Assembly: GCA_964527895.1 (NCBI GenBank)
Contig: CAZGQI010000001.1
Span: 55,275-119,274, forward strand
Reading direction: 5' to 3'
DNA: 64,000 nucleotides
Source: an uncultured Comamonadaceae bacterium
GTDB lineage: Bacteria; Bacteroidota; Bacteroidia; Flavobacteriales_D; Sanyastnellaceae
In this document: positions 1-8,692 of the stretch, one piece after another
Layout: the number at the start of each line of letters is the position of its first letter
Position numbering within the stretch: position 1 is the first letter of the stretch
The notes under the pieces: generated by a model
The model's input: the letters and a program-made list of their open reading frames with translations, nothing else
What the model was told of the DNA's origin: nothing
Databases searched by the model: none
Made by a program: the position numbers and the translations under genes

Positions 1-2440
1 CGCTTCCTGAGAAGCCTTGGGTTTGGATGTCCTGAACACTCAAGTTGGGAATGAAGATGCACGACCCGTCGTCATCCGTCGCTGTTGGGTCGTAGTTCAC
101 AGCACCTGAATCGGTGCAGCCTGTGTTGTCCACCGCGCACGCACCGTTGAAGGTGTGCACGCCCAAGTTGGTCCAATCGTTGGAGGGATTGATGATCCAC
201 TCTGTGTCAATTTCATTGGTACCGGCGCTGGCAGCCCAGTCCCCCCCGTTTCCGAAGGAAACCTCAGGCTTGCGGACGAGTGTGGCGTTTTGCGTGGCGT
301 TGGTCACACCGGCCACTGCGAATCCAGAGCCAGGGTCTGGACCGAAGTCACCGATCGCATCCACAATTGTCGTGTCACCGCCCGCAATGTTCGCCAAGAA
401 GTAGGCGTCGTCGCCGTTGCTCAAGAAGGTGTAAGTCATGTTGGCCGCTGCCAAAATGAGGGAGTCTGCCGTGGGGTGAGCCACGATGTAGGTTCCACCT
501 GGCGCCACTTGGTCGCCTGCGGGGAAGTTGAACGTCCAGAAATCCACGTTGTCTGTGATGCTGGATGATGCACCCAAATCGTCACAGCCGTTGCTGCAGT
601 TCCCAAACGTGTACTCGTCCAAGAAAATGGGAGAGCTCGTGGGGTTGTAGAGTTCGATGTATTTGTTGTTGGCGGAACCTTCGGCCACCTCTGAAACGAA
701 CAACCCACATTCACCGCCTTCAATGTCGCAGCTTCCATCTTCAATGGAGGCCAGAGGGTTGTAGTTCAACGCACCTGCGTTGGTGCAACCGTACAAGAGG
801 GCATCCGCAGCGTCGCGAGGCTGCACCTTGAAGGCTCCGAAAGAGTAGTCGAGTGCACCGGACACTTGCAATTGGTTGCCCAAAGCCACCAAACCTGCAT
901 CAATGGCGTCATAGCCTGCGTCGTCCACACGGAGGTCGCCCGAGCCATCAGAAAGGGCCCACTCGCCAAAACCTGCGTCCGCGTTGGTCACCACACCGGT
1001 GACCTGAACCAAAACGCCTTCCCAAGGCTCCGCACCTGCATCAACTGTGGTCAACACTTCGGCGACAGGCAAAGCGTTGCCCTGGCTGAGGATGACGGTG
1101 GCGGGGGTGGAGATTTGGGTTTTGTCGAAGTACTCAGAGACCGCCCCGGTCACCTCCACTTCGTCGCCCAACTGCACGGGGACGTCGGGAGAGAAAAGCC
1201 ACAAACCGCTGTAAGCACCCTGACCGTCCTGAATGCTCACGTTCGAGCCGTAGACGCCCGTGACGATGCCGCGTGTCACCACGACTGAATCGGCAAACAC
1301 GCCAGTTTCTTGGCCCTGTTGAATGGTAGCAATGCTGGTCAATTCCACGATCAAGCATGAACCGTCGTCGTAGTCAGCCGCAGGGTTGTAGTTGGCTGCA
1401 GCCGCGTTGGTGCAACCGCCTGTACCCACCGTGATGGTGGCCACCATGCCCAAAGCAGCGTGAGAGCCAATGGAGCAATCGTAGGTGTACACGCCAGGCG
1501 TATTGAAAGTATAGGAACCGATGCACACTCCTGCAGCGTCTCCAGCAACGGGAGCCAAGTAGAAGGCTTCAGGGTTTCCAAAGGAAGAACCCGTTTGAGA
1601 ATCAATGTCGCCGTTGACGTCGTGGGTGCCTCCGAGGTTGGACCACACGACCGTTTGGCCGGGCTCAATGGTCAAGTTGGCAGGGTTGTACTGGAAGCTG
1701 CTCGCCTCTACCACAACGCCGTCCACGTTGCACGCGTTGTCAAACATGCAGCTGCCATCGTCTTGGGTGGCGTCCGCATTGTAGTTGGTGGCATTGGCGT
1801 TGGTGCATCCGAGCACTGCCGCGCCACAGCCATCGAAGGTGTGCATGGCGAGGTTGGTCCAATCGTTTTGATCGAGGACAATCCACTCACTGTTTTCCGC
1901 ATCCGTACCCGCGCTGGTGACCCAGTCGCCGCCGTTGCCCGACTGCACAGAAGACTTGCGGACAATGGTGTGGTCTTTCGTACCTGCCGTCACACCTGCC
2001 ACGTCCCAGCCTGAACCTGGATCGCCGTTCCAATCGCCGACCGCGTCAATTTGAACAAACGACGTCTCGTCGCCTTGAACCAAGATGAAGCCATCATCGC
2101 CGTTCGACAGGAACGTGAACGTCTCATCCGCTTCAGCCAAGATGATGGGGTCCGCCGAAGGATGCGCAATGATGTACACATCGCCCGCAGCAATGACTGC
2201 TGCCGAGTCAAATGCATTCCAGAACTCGTACTCACCCACCACGCTGGGTGCATTGCTCACGCTTGGGTAGGCGTAGCCGTCCAAGCTGATGTCCGCATCG
2301 GTGGGGTTGTAAATCTCGAGATACTTGTTGTTCGAGGAGCCTTCCGCGGCCTCTGAGAAGAAGAGGTTTTCGCACTGGGCCCATGTGGCTCCTGCACTCC
2401 AGAAGAGCAGCGCCGAAGCAAGCAAGGTTGAAAAACGCAT
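1..2440 (-). CDS. Secreted multidomain protein with its N-terminus in the window and its C-terminus beyond the left edge: signal peptide, two lamin-tail-like (LTD) domains, one cupredoxin domain, OB-fold-like domain(s)
   Basis: Absent from the ORF track because there is no stop inside the window. I reverse-complemented 1-2440 by hand; the frame starting at ATG (cat 2438-2440) stays open for all 813 codons. It begins MRFSTLLASALLFWSAGATWAQ (signal peptide). FSEAAEGSSNNKYLEIYNPT and VSEVAEGSANNKYIELYNPT look like LTD first strands. GGTHDVNG...YTYDCSIGSHAALGMVATITV looks like a cupredoxin. IQQGQETGVFADSVVVTRGIVTGVYG...VEVTGAVSEYFDKTQI resembles the OB-like module of ExeM/NucH-type nucleases. Confidence 0.8.
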   Translation of the reverse strand, partial: MRFSTLLASALLFWSAGATWAQCENLFFSEAAEGSSNNKYLEIYNPTDADISLDGYAYPSVSNAPSVVGEYEFWNAFDSAAVIAAGDVYIIAHPSADPIILAEADETFTFLSNGDDGFILVQGDETSFVQIDAVGDWNGDPGSGWDVAGVTAGTKDHTIVRKSSVQSGNGGDWVTSAGTDAENSEWIVLDQNDWTNLAMHTFDGCGAAVLGCTNANATNYNADATQDDGSCMFDNACNVDGVVVEASSFQYNPANLTIEPGQTVVWSNLGGTHDVNGDIDSQTGSSFGNPEAFYLAPVAGDAAGVCIGSYTFNTPGVYTYDCSIGSHAALGMVATITVGTGGCTNAAAANYNPAADYDDGSCLIVELTSIATIQQGQETGVFADSVVVTRGIVTGVYGSNVSIQDGQGAYSGLWLFSPDVPVQLGDEVEVTGAVSEYFDKTQISTPATVILSQGNALPVAEVLTTVDAGAEPWEGVLVQVTGVVTNADAGFGEWALSDGSGDLRVDDAGYDAIDAGLVALGNQLQVSGALDYSFGAFKVQPRDAADALLYGCTNAGALNYNPLASIEDGSCDIEGGECGLFVSEVAEGSANNKYIELYNPTSSPIFLDEYTFGNCSNGCDDLGASSSITDNVDFWTFNFPAGDQVAPGGTYIVAHPTADSLILAAANMTYTFLSNGDDAYFLANIAGGDTTIVDAIGDFGPDPGSGFAVAGVTNATQNATLVRKPEVSFGNGGDWAASAGTNEIDTEWIINPSNDWTNLGVHTFNGACAVDNTGCTDSGAVNYDPTATDDDGSCIFIPNLSVQDIQTQGFSGS
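59..118 (-). repeat. Cys-bounded 20-aa linker module, copy 4 (CTDSGAVNYDPTATDDDGSC)
   Basis: Read directly from the hand translation of the 1-2440 CDS. Fits C-T-[ND]-x-x-A-x-N-Y-[ND]-x-x-A-x-x-[DE]-D-G-S-C. Confidence 0.7.
728..787 (-). repeat. Cys-bounded 20-aa linker module, copy 3 (CTNAGALNYNPLASIEDGSC)
   Basis: Same motif. It sits between the OB-like domain and the second LTD domain. Confidence 0.7.
1355..1414 (-). repeat. Cys-bounded 20-aa linker module, copy 2 (CTNAAAANYNPAADYDDGSC)
   Basis: Same motif. It sits between the cupredoxin and the OB-like domain. Confidence 0.7.
1748..1807 (-). repeat. Cys-bounded 20-aa linker module, copy 1 (CTNANATNYNADATQDDGSC)
   Basis: Same motif. It sits between the first LTD domain and the cupredoxin. 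Confidence 0.7.
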
Positions 2441-2573
2441 TTGTTTGGGAATTAAAGGTTTTGGACGAGTAAAAGTAGGCATTCCAAGACGAAAACCGGC
2501 GGTTGAACGAAGAGTTCACACAGGCTTTACATAGGCCTTCGATATAACCCTGTATAACCTGTCGAAAAGGCGC

Positions 2574-3188
2574 TCAATCAAACAACGTGGGGGCCGGTGG
2601 TGCCCAGGTGAAGGTTGTTCGGTGCAAGGGGGTCGGACCGCGTTCCACCAACGCTTGCCGGTGGGCCACCGTGGGGTACCCCATGTTGGTTTCCCACCCG
2701 TAACCTGGGTAGGTTTGGGCTGCGTCGAGCATGTAGGCGTCTCGGTGGGTTTTGGCGAGGATGCTCGCGGCTGCGATGGATGCAATGTTGGCATCGCCCT
2801 TCACAAAACACGTGTGGGGAGGCATGTCTTCGTCGGACACAAATCGGTTGCCGTCAATGAGCAAGTGGTCGGGCGCTCCAGCCAATCCTCGGACCGCACG
2901 ACGCATCGCTTCAAACGAAGCCTGCAAAATGTTCATGCGGTCGATGTCCGACGGCGACACGAAGGCCACAGACCACGTGATGGCTTTGGCCTCGATCTCT
3001 GCGCGAAGTTGTTGACGCTGCGAGGCCGTGAGTTGCTTGCTGTCGTTCAAGGGAAGTTGCTTCGCCACCCGAGCATCGAGGACAACCGCAGCCGCGACAA
3101 CCGGACCCGCCAAGCACCCCCGACCGGCCTCGTCACACCCAGCCTCGATGCGGCCTTTCACCACTTGGGGAAGCAACGCTTTGCTCAT
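2574..3188 (-). CDS. rnhB: Ribonuclease HII
   Basis: 204 aa. The GCDEAGRGCLAGPVVAAAVVLD catalytic N-terminus and overall length are typical of RNase HII. Start overlaps the upstream glycosyltransferase stop by 4 nt. Confidence 0.9.
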   Translation of the reverse strand: MSKALLPQVVKGRIEAGCDEAGRGCLAGPVVAAAVVLDARVAKQLPLNDSKQLTASQRQQLRAEIEAKAITWSVAFVSPSDIDRMNILQASFEAMRRAVRGLAGAPDHLLIDGNRFVSDEDMPPHTCFVKGDANIASIAAASILAKTHRDAYMLDAAQTYPGYGWETNMGYPTVAHRQALVERGPTPLHRTTFTWAPPAPTLFD

Positions 3189-4309
3189 GTCAGCATGATG
3201 TTCAATGCCTTGTCGAGCTTGACCCCCGTGGCTGCCCAGGAATAGGTTTTGACACGGGCCAACCCGCGTTGGCTGGCGGATTGGGCGGCCTCTGAATCCA
3301 ATTCGAGGCGATGCATTTCATGGGCGATGGCCTTTGGCTGTGCAGGATCGACGAGCGCAAACGCCGCATCGCCACAGACTTCGGGCAAGGAGGTCACGTT
3401 GGAACTGATGACGGGCACCCCACATGCCATGGCTTCCACCACAGGGATGCCAAACCCTTCAAACCATGGCACAAACACCAGGCCTTCCGCACCCGCGACG
3501 GCGCGCACCAAATCGGCATTGTTCAAGCGCCCCGCGAAGTGCACATGGGTGCGCAGCTCCGCGGAAAGCGCAGGCAAGTCTTCGCTCCACATCGCCACAC
3601 CGACCACCACAAGGTCCCAGCTTCCCCCGAGCGCGCGGTACGATTCAAAGGCAGAAATCAACCCCTCCACATTCTTCCGCGGGTGCAAGGACCCGACGAA
3701 AATGAAGTAAGGACGTCCCTCCGAAAGCGTCCTTCTCGCCCCCTCGCGCCCTTCGAGACTTGCCGGCTTGAACGCCTCGTCTGCGGCATTCGAAAACACT
3801 TCGATGGCGCTTTCATCCAGTCCGTAGGTCGTCGCCAAATCATGACGGCTGTACTCCGAGACAGTCCCGAGGACGTGCGCGTGCTTTGCGAAGCGGGGGA
3901 ATTCGGTTTGGTAGTAGTCCCGCCATCGTTGGGGCAGTCCCTCAGGACGGTGCTCAAAATTCAAGTCGTGGATGACCGTCAATTGGGGGAAGTCGGCAGG
4001 CATGTCTGTGGCGATCGGACCTTCTAGCGACACGAAGGCGTCGGCGTTCCACTTCCGGAGCACCCGGCTCAATGGCTTTCCGAACCACCACCGCATCAAC
4101 CACGGTCGGCGCGCGGGGATACGAATCCGCACCACTTCCACGTTGGGGCCCAAACGAAACATCTCATCGTCAGGCCTGTCCACCACGAGCAAAAACGCAT
4201 CGTCGGGACGAAGCGCCACGAGTTGCGTCAGTGTGTTCAAGGTGAACCTGCCGATGCCCTCGAGCTTCCCCGGCACCAACAATCGTCCGTTCAAGGCAAT
4301 GCGCGCCAT
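3185..4309 (-). CDS. Glycosyltransferase, GT-B fold (family 1/4-like)
   Basis: The C-terminal half (FIFVGSLHPRKNV...FVPWFEGFGIPVVEAMACGVPVISSNVTSLPEV) is the GT1/GT4 sugar-donor domain. I prefer start MARIALNGRLL (ATG 4309) over the track start 4336, because a TACCTTTG -7 box at 4322-4315 lies between the two. Confidence 0.8.
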   Translation of the reverse strand: MARIALNGRLLVPGKLEGIGRFTLNTLTQLVALRPDDAFLLVVDRPDDEMFRLGPNVEVVRIRIPARRPWLMRWWFGKPLSRVLRKWNADAFVSLEGPIATDMPADFPQLTVIHDLNFEHRPEGLPQRWRDYYQTEFPRFAKHAHVLGTVSEYSRHDLATTYGLDESAIEVFSNAADEAFKPASLEGREGARRTLSEGRPYFIFVGSLHPRKNVEGLISAFESYRALGGSWDLVVVGVAMWSEDLPALSAELRTHVHFAGRLNNADLVRAVAGAEGLVFVPWFEGFGIPVVEAMACGVPVISSNVTSLPEVCGDAAFALVDPAQPKAIAHEMHRLELDSEAAQSASQRGLARVKTYSWAATGVKLDKALNIMLT

Positions 4310-4314
4310 GACCT

Positions 4315-4322
4315 CAAAGGTA
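4315..4322 (-). promoter_or_regulatory. Putative -7 box TACCTTTG for the glycosyltransferase-rnhB unit
   Basis: Exact match to the Bacteroidota TAnnTTTG -7 consensus on the minus strand, 5 nt upstream of ATG 4309. Confidence 0.45.
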
Positions 4323-4336
4323 CCGCCGCGGCCCAT

Positions 4337-4344
4337 TACCTTCG
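4337..4344 (+). promoter_or_regulatory. Putative -7 box TACCTTCG for the wzz-like / O-antigen ligase unit
   Basis: TAnnTT[C]G variant 28 nt upstream of ATG 4373. It is divergent from the 4315-4322 box. Confidence 0.35.
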
Positions 4345-4372
4345 CGGCGAACCACGATTCAACGTAAGCCCC

Positions 4373-5374
4373 ATGCCTTCAAACAACCCCATGGAGTCCA
4401 CACACCTCTTGGTGTTCATCTACCGCAACCTGAAAACGCTGATTGCCGTTGGGTTCTTGGCCGCGGTGGCCGCATCCGGCGTGTCCCTCATGCTCGACGA
4501 GTACTATGAGAGCACGGTGGTGATGTTCGCCACTTCACAACACAGTTTGGGGGAACAGTTCTTTGAAGAGACCAAAAAGAACGACCTCCTCGCGTACGGC
4601 GAGACCGAAGACGCCGAGCGCTTGCTCCAGATCTTGAATTCGCACCGCATCCGCAACCGAATCATCGAGAAGTACGACCTGTACACCCATTACAACATCG
4701 ACCCTTCTGAACCTGGAGCCAAGGCCGACATGGCCTTGACTTACGGCAGCAACGTGAGTGCCAACTTGACGCGGTTTGGGTCCATCCGTGTGCAGGTCCT
4801 GGACACCGACCCGGAACTCGCCCGCGACATGGCCAACGACATGGCCTTCCTGGTCGACAGCGTCGCCAACAGCATGCGCAACGAGCGCGCCAACGAAGCC
4901 TACAAATTGGCCCTTGGTGCGCTTGCCCAAACCTCCGAGCAAATCGCGCAAGCCGAAGACAGCTTGGCCACGTTGCATGCCTTGGGCATTTACGATTTCG
5001 AAACGCAAGTGGAAGGGTTGACGGCCCAGTACGGCATGGCCGTGACTTCAGGTCGCTCCGCGGCCGCCAACACCCTCAAAAAAGACCTCGAGCGCCTCGG
5101 CACCTTGGCCAACGGCTACAACAACTTGTCGGCCTACCTCGAAGCGGCCTACGAACAACAATCCCTGCTCAAAAAGCGCGTGGAATTGATGCGCGTGGAC
5201 GCCGAGACGCAATTGTCGTCTTCCTTCATCGTGGACTATGCCAGTGCAGCGGACAAAAAAGCCAAGCCCGTGCGCTGGCTGATCGTGGTGATGACGTCCG
5301 TGGTGGCCGTGGGCGCCGCCTTTTTGGCCATGCTCGCCTGGGACACATTGCAACGCGCCCAGAACGCCTCCTGA
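4373..5374 (+). CDS. Polysaccharide co-polymerase / chain-length determinant (Wzz-like) protein
   Basis: TM helix near each end (LIAVGFLAAVAASGVSLML and WLIVVMTSVVAVGAAFLAMLAW) flanks a long helical, coiled-coil-like domain, which is the PCP topology. Start taken at MPSNNPMEST (ATG 4373); the track start 4223 overlaps the divergent glycosyltransferase. Confidence 0.6.
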   Translation: MPSNNPMESTHLLVFIYRNLKTLIAVGFLAAVAASGVSLMLDEYYESTVVMFATSQHSLGEQFFEETKKNDLLAYGETEDAERLLQILNSHRIRNRIIEKYDLYTHYNIDPSEPGAKADMALTYGSNVSANLTRFGSIRVQVLDTDPELARDMANDMAFLVDSVANSMRNERANEAYKLALGALAQTSEQIAQAEDSLATLHALGIYDFETQVEGLTAQYGMAVTSGRSAAANTLKKDLERLGTLANGYNNLSAYLEAAYEQQSLLKKRVELMRVDAETQLSSSFIVDYASAADKKAKPVRWLIVVMTSVVAVGAAFLAMLAWDTLQRAQNAS

Positions 5375-5381
5375 ACGAACC

Positions 5382-6821
5382 ATGACCACCGCGCGCGCCG
5401 GATGGCTGGCTGGCCTCGCCATGACCCTTCTCGCCTTGGCGGGTTGGGCGCTGGACGCGCCTTACGTGTTGCTCCTGCCCGTGGCCGCCCTGATCGCCTG
5501 GTGGGGTATTGCGCGGACGGACCTGTACCTCTCCACGGTGTTGTGTTTGGTCCCACTCTCGGTCAACCTGAGTGAATTTGGACTGACGTCCATCGGGTGG
5601 TACATGCCCACGGAACCCATGCTGTTCGCGCTGCTTGTCCTGTTCGTGGCGAAGTGGTTCTCAGGCCAACCCCCCAACCGCGACTTCCTCTCCCATCCTG
5701 TCACCTACGTCATTGCCGCGGGGTTTCTGTGGATGGGCCTGACTGTGCTGCCCAGCAGCGATGTGGTTGTTTCCCTCAAAGCCTGGGTCTCGCGGGCCTG
5801 GTTCGTGGTCTCCTTCTATGTGTTGCTCGCCGAATGGTTTCGACATGACCCTCGCGCACGCCGCCGATTCCTGGCCCTCTTGCTCGTGCCGCTTTCTGTG
5901 GTCATCGGCTACACCTTGGTCCGTCACGCGGGCTACGATTTCAGCAAGGGGGCAGGCCATTGGGTCATGAAGCCCTTCTTCAAGGATCACACTTCGTACG
6001 GCGCCGTCCTCGCCCTCTTGCTCCCGCCGGTGATCGCCATGGCATTCCACACCCGCCAAAGCACCCTGTCCAAGGTGTTGTGGTCGCTGGGCGCAGGATG
6101 GCTTGCCTTGGGAACAGTGCTTTCCTTCACCCGTGCCGCGTGGGTGAGCTTGGCCGCCGCTGCGGCCCTCTGGGTGTTGATGTTGCTCGGGGTTCGCCTC
6201 AAAACCTTGGTGGCTGCCGGGGTGGCTGTGCTTGTGGGGTTGTTTTTGAGTTGGGATGCCTTGGTCATTCAGCTCGAACGCAACAAACAAGACTCCTCAG
6301 ATGATTTGGCCCAGCACGTGGAGAGCATTTCCAATGTGTCCAGCGACGACTCCAATTTGGAGCGACTCAACCGTTGGTCATGCGCCTTGGCCATGTTCCA
6401 GGAGCGTCCGGTCTTTGGGTTTGGGCCCGGGACGTACCAATTTGAATACGCGCCCTTCCAACAATCCAACCTGCGCACACTCATCAGCACCAACAATGGA
6501 GACGTCGGGAACGCCCACAGCGAGTACCTCGGACCGTTGGCGGAACAAGGCCTTTTGGGCGGGCTGTTTGTCGTGGCCTTGCTGCTTGTGACGTGTCACC
6601 TCGGGTTCAAATTGCAGCGGACCCTCACAGACCCGGACGACCGCATGTTGGCCATGGGGCTGTTCTTGGGACTGATCACCTATTTCGTCCACGGTGTCTT
6701 GAACAACTACCTCGACACTGACAAAGCGAGTGCACCGTTCTGGGGCTTCTTGGCCTTGCTCGTCGTGCTTGACCTCTGCAACGAAAAAGCTCCGGAAGGG
6801 CTTACGAAAAGCGACAGCTGA
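5382..6821 (+). CDS. O-antigen ligase / polymerase family membrane protein (Wzy_C-type)
   Basis: 479 aa and polytopic. The loop SFTRAAWVSLAAAAAL and the segment GNAHSEYLGPLAEQGLLG are characteristic of O-antigen ligase-like proteins. Confidence 0.8.
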   Translation: MTTARAGWLAGLAMTLLALAGWALDAPYVLLLPVAALIAWWGIARTDLYLSTVLCLVPLSVNLSEFGLTSIGWYMPTEPMLFALLVLFVAKWFSGQPPNRDFLSHPVTYVIAAGFLWMGLTVLPSSDVVVSLKAWVSRAWFVVSFYVLLAEWFRHDPRARRRFLALLLVPLSVVIGYTLVRHAGYDFSKGAGHWVMKPFFKDHTSYGAVLALLLPPVIAMAFHTRQSTLSKVLWSLGAGWLALGTVLSFTRAAWVSLAAAAALWVLMLLGVRLKTLVAAGVAVLVGLFLSWDALVIQLERNKQDSSDDLAQHVESISNVSSDDSNLERLNRWSCALAMFQERPVFGFGPGTYQFEYAPFQQSNLRTLISTNNGDVGNAHSEYLGPLAEQGLLGGLFVVALLLVTCHLGFKLQRTLTDPDDRMLAMGLFLGLITYFVHGVLNNYLDTDKASAPFWGFLALLVVLDLCNEKAPEGLTKSDS

Positions 6822-8046
6822 GCATCGCCGTGTCGTCCAGCGGGGGTTCTTCCCCCCGGAACGCATCGAGCGCAGCCACAATGGTGCGGTGGACGGCCTC
6901 GAGGGTTTGGCCTTGGTGGTGAGAGAGCAACCCCAACAAGCGGTCGGTTCCAAAGGGGACTTCAAGGTCATTCTCTTGCTCGACCAGTCCATCGGTATAA
7001 CAGCAGAGCACACTGCCCACAGGCACTGCAATGGTCCCGACGTTAATCGAAGGAATGTCCCTGAACATGCCCAAACCGACGCATCCGTCTTCCAGCAAGG
7101 TGTCGCGGCCACTGGGATCCACAAACAGCGGCGGATTGTGGCCACAATTCACGTATTCCAACGTGCGTTTGACCGGGTCGAACACCGCGGCAAAAAACGT
7201 GATGTACTTTTCCCCTTGGGCGATCTGCATCACCCGGTCATTCAAGGTGTGCAGCGTGGCCGACAAGGAAGCATGCTCCGCCTGGAACAGGGCGCGCACA
7301 TGGGCTTGGAAGTTGCTCATCAGCAACGCCGCACTCATGCCTTTTCCGCTGACGTCCGCCATGCACACCACCACCTTGCCAGAGTCCGTGGTGAACGCGT
7401 CGTAGTAGTCACCGCCCACTTGGGTGTGGGGCTTGTAGTAGCCCGCCACATCCAAATCGAGGTGATTCCAGGTTTGAGGCAGCAACATGGCCTGCATCTC
7501 TCCTGCGAGTTGCAATTCACGACGCAACGCCTCTTGCTTCAAGCTGCGGGCCACCATCTGCGTGTTTCGCCGCGCCACCACCAAGATGTTGGTCAGGGTC
7601 ACGAGGAAATTCAAGTGCTTGACCACGGGGCTCACACCGCGGTCGTCGTCGGTGGTGTCTCCTGCAAGGACGAGCGCAATGGCCTCGTCGTTTTGGTGGA
7701 TGGGCACCACCACGTCCGAAGGATGCTGGTCGCCTCCCAGGGCGCCTGCAAGTCCAATCGTGTCGAGGTCGAGGCCCTCAAAAAAGGACGCGGGTTGGGA
7801 CGGCGGCCAAGGAGCCTCCGTGCCGGCAGCCACGAGAAGCTTCCATGTGTCCCCTTCCAAATCGGCGGCGTACAACACCAGCCTGTCAATGCCCAAGTTG
7901 ACCTTGAGCGCATCGACATACCGCTCCATCAGGTCTTCTTCTGAAGGCTGGGCTTGAATGGCCTGGGTGACCTTCAAAAGCGCGTCGAGCTTGAAGTCTC
8001 GCAATTCGAGCTTCTGCTTCAGCCGACGTTCCTTCGGGTTGGTCAT
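6802..8046 (-). CDS. GAF-domain PP2C/SpoIIE-family serine phosphatase
   Basis: C-terminal VGGDYYDAFTTDSGKVVVCMADVSGKGMSAALLMSNFQA...DGLVEQ...FG is the SpoIIE/PP2C core, and the N-terminal half is GAF-like. Start taken at MTNPKERRL (ATG 8046), because the track start 8163 would overlap efp. Confidence 0.8.
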   Translation of the reverse strand: MTNPKERRLKQKLELRDFKLDALLKVTQAIQAQPSEEDLMERYVDALKVNLGIDRLVLYAADLEGDTWKLLVAAGTEAPWPPSQPASFFEGLDLDTIGLAGALGGDQHPSDVVVPIHQNDEAIALVLAGDTTDDDRGVSPVVKHLNFLVTLTNILVVARRNTQMVARSLKQEALRRELQLAGEMQAMLLPQTWNHLDLDVAGYYKPHTQVGGDYYDAFTTDSGKVVVCMADVSGKGMSAALLMSNFQAHVRALFQAEHASLSATLHTLNDRVMQIAQGEKYITFFAAVFDPVKRTLEYVNCGHNPPLFVDPSGRDTLLEDGCVGLGMFRDIPSINVGTIAVPVGSVLCCYTDGLVEQENDLEVPFGTDRLLGLLSHHQGQTLEAVHRTIVAALDAFRGEEPPLDDTAMLSCRFS

Positions 8047-8068
8047 GGCCTGAGGCTCCGCGGCCTGC

Positions 8069-8635
8069 TTACTTTTTGACGCGCTCTGTGTACTCACCTG
8101 TTCTGGTATCCACCTTGATCCAATCTCCTGTGTCGATGAACAAAGGCACCCTGACTTCTGCACCCGTGTCCACGGTGGCAGGCTTCAGCGAGTTGGTCGC
8201 CGTATCGCCTTTCACACCGGGCTCGGTGTAGGTGATTTCCAATTCCACGTGGCTTGGCAGGTCGCAGCTGATGGGACGTTCCTCTTCCACATGGAACACA
8301 ATGAGGCAGCTCAGCCCGTCCTTCAAAAACTGAGGCGCGCTGATGAGATGCTTCTCCAAGCGGATTTGCTCGTAGCTCTCTGTGTTCATGAAGTGATACC
8401 CCTCGTCGTCGTTGTAAAGGAAGGTGTGCTCCCGGGTTTCGATGCGCACCGGATCGATTTTGTGGCCGGCGTTGAAGGTGTTGTCCACCACCTTGCCGGT
8501 CTCGATGTTCTTCAGCTTGGTGCGAACGAAAGCAGCCCCCTTTCCTGGTTTGACGTGGAGGAATTCGACGATTTGCCACAATCCATTGTTGTGGTTCAAA
8601 ACCATGCCGTTCTTGATGTCGCTCGTGTTGGCCAT
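8069..8635 (-). CDS. efp: Elongation factor P
   Basis: 188 aa. MANTSDIKNGMVLNHNNGLWQIVEFLHVKPGKGAAFVRTKLKN is a near-canonical EF-P N-terminus. Confidence 0.95.
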   Translation of the reverse strand: MANTSDIKNGMVLNHNNGLWQIVEFLHVKPGKGAAFVRTKLKNIETGKVVDNTFNAGHKIDPVRIETREHTFLYNDDEGYHFMNTESYEQIRLEKHLISAPQFLKDGLSCLIVFHVEEERPISCDLPSHVELEITYTEPGVKGDTATNSLKPATVDTGAEVRVPLFIDTGDWIKVDTRTGEYTERVKK

Positions 8636-8692
8636 GCTGAAATTCTTGTGTACAGGGGTTCAATTCTCTTTGTGCCAAGATACTTCAGTCCT

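Noticed and set aside
6730-7944. 404-aa plus-strand ORF
   Set aside because: Antisense to the GAF-PP2C gene, whose SpoIIE motifs are clear.
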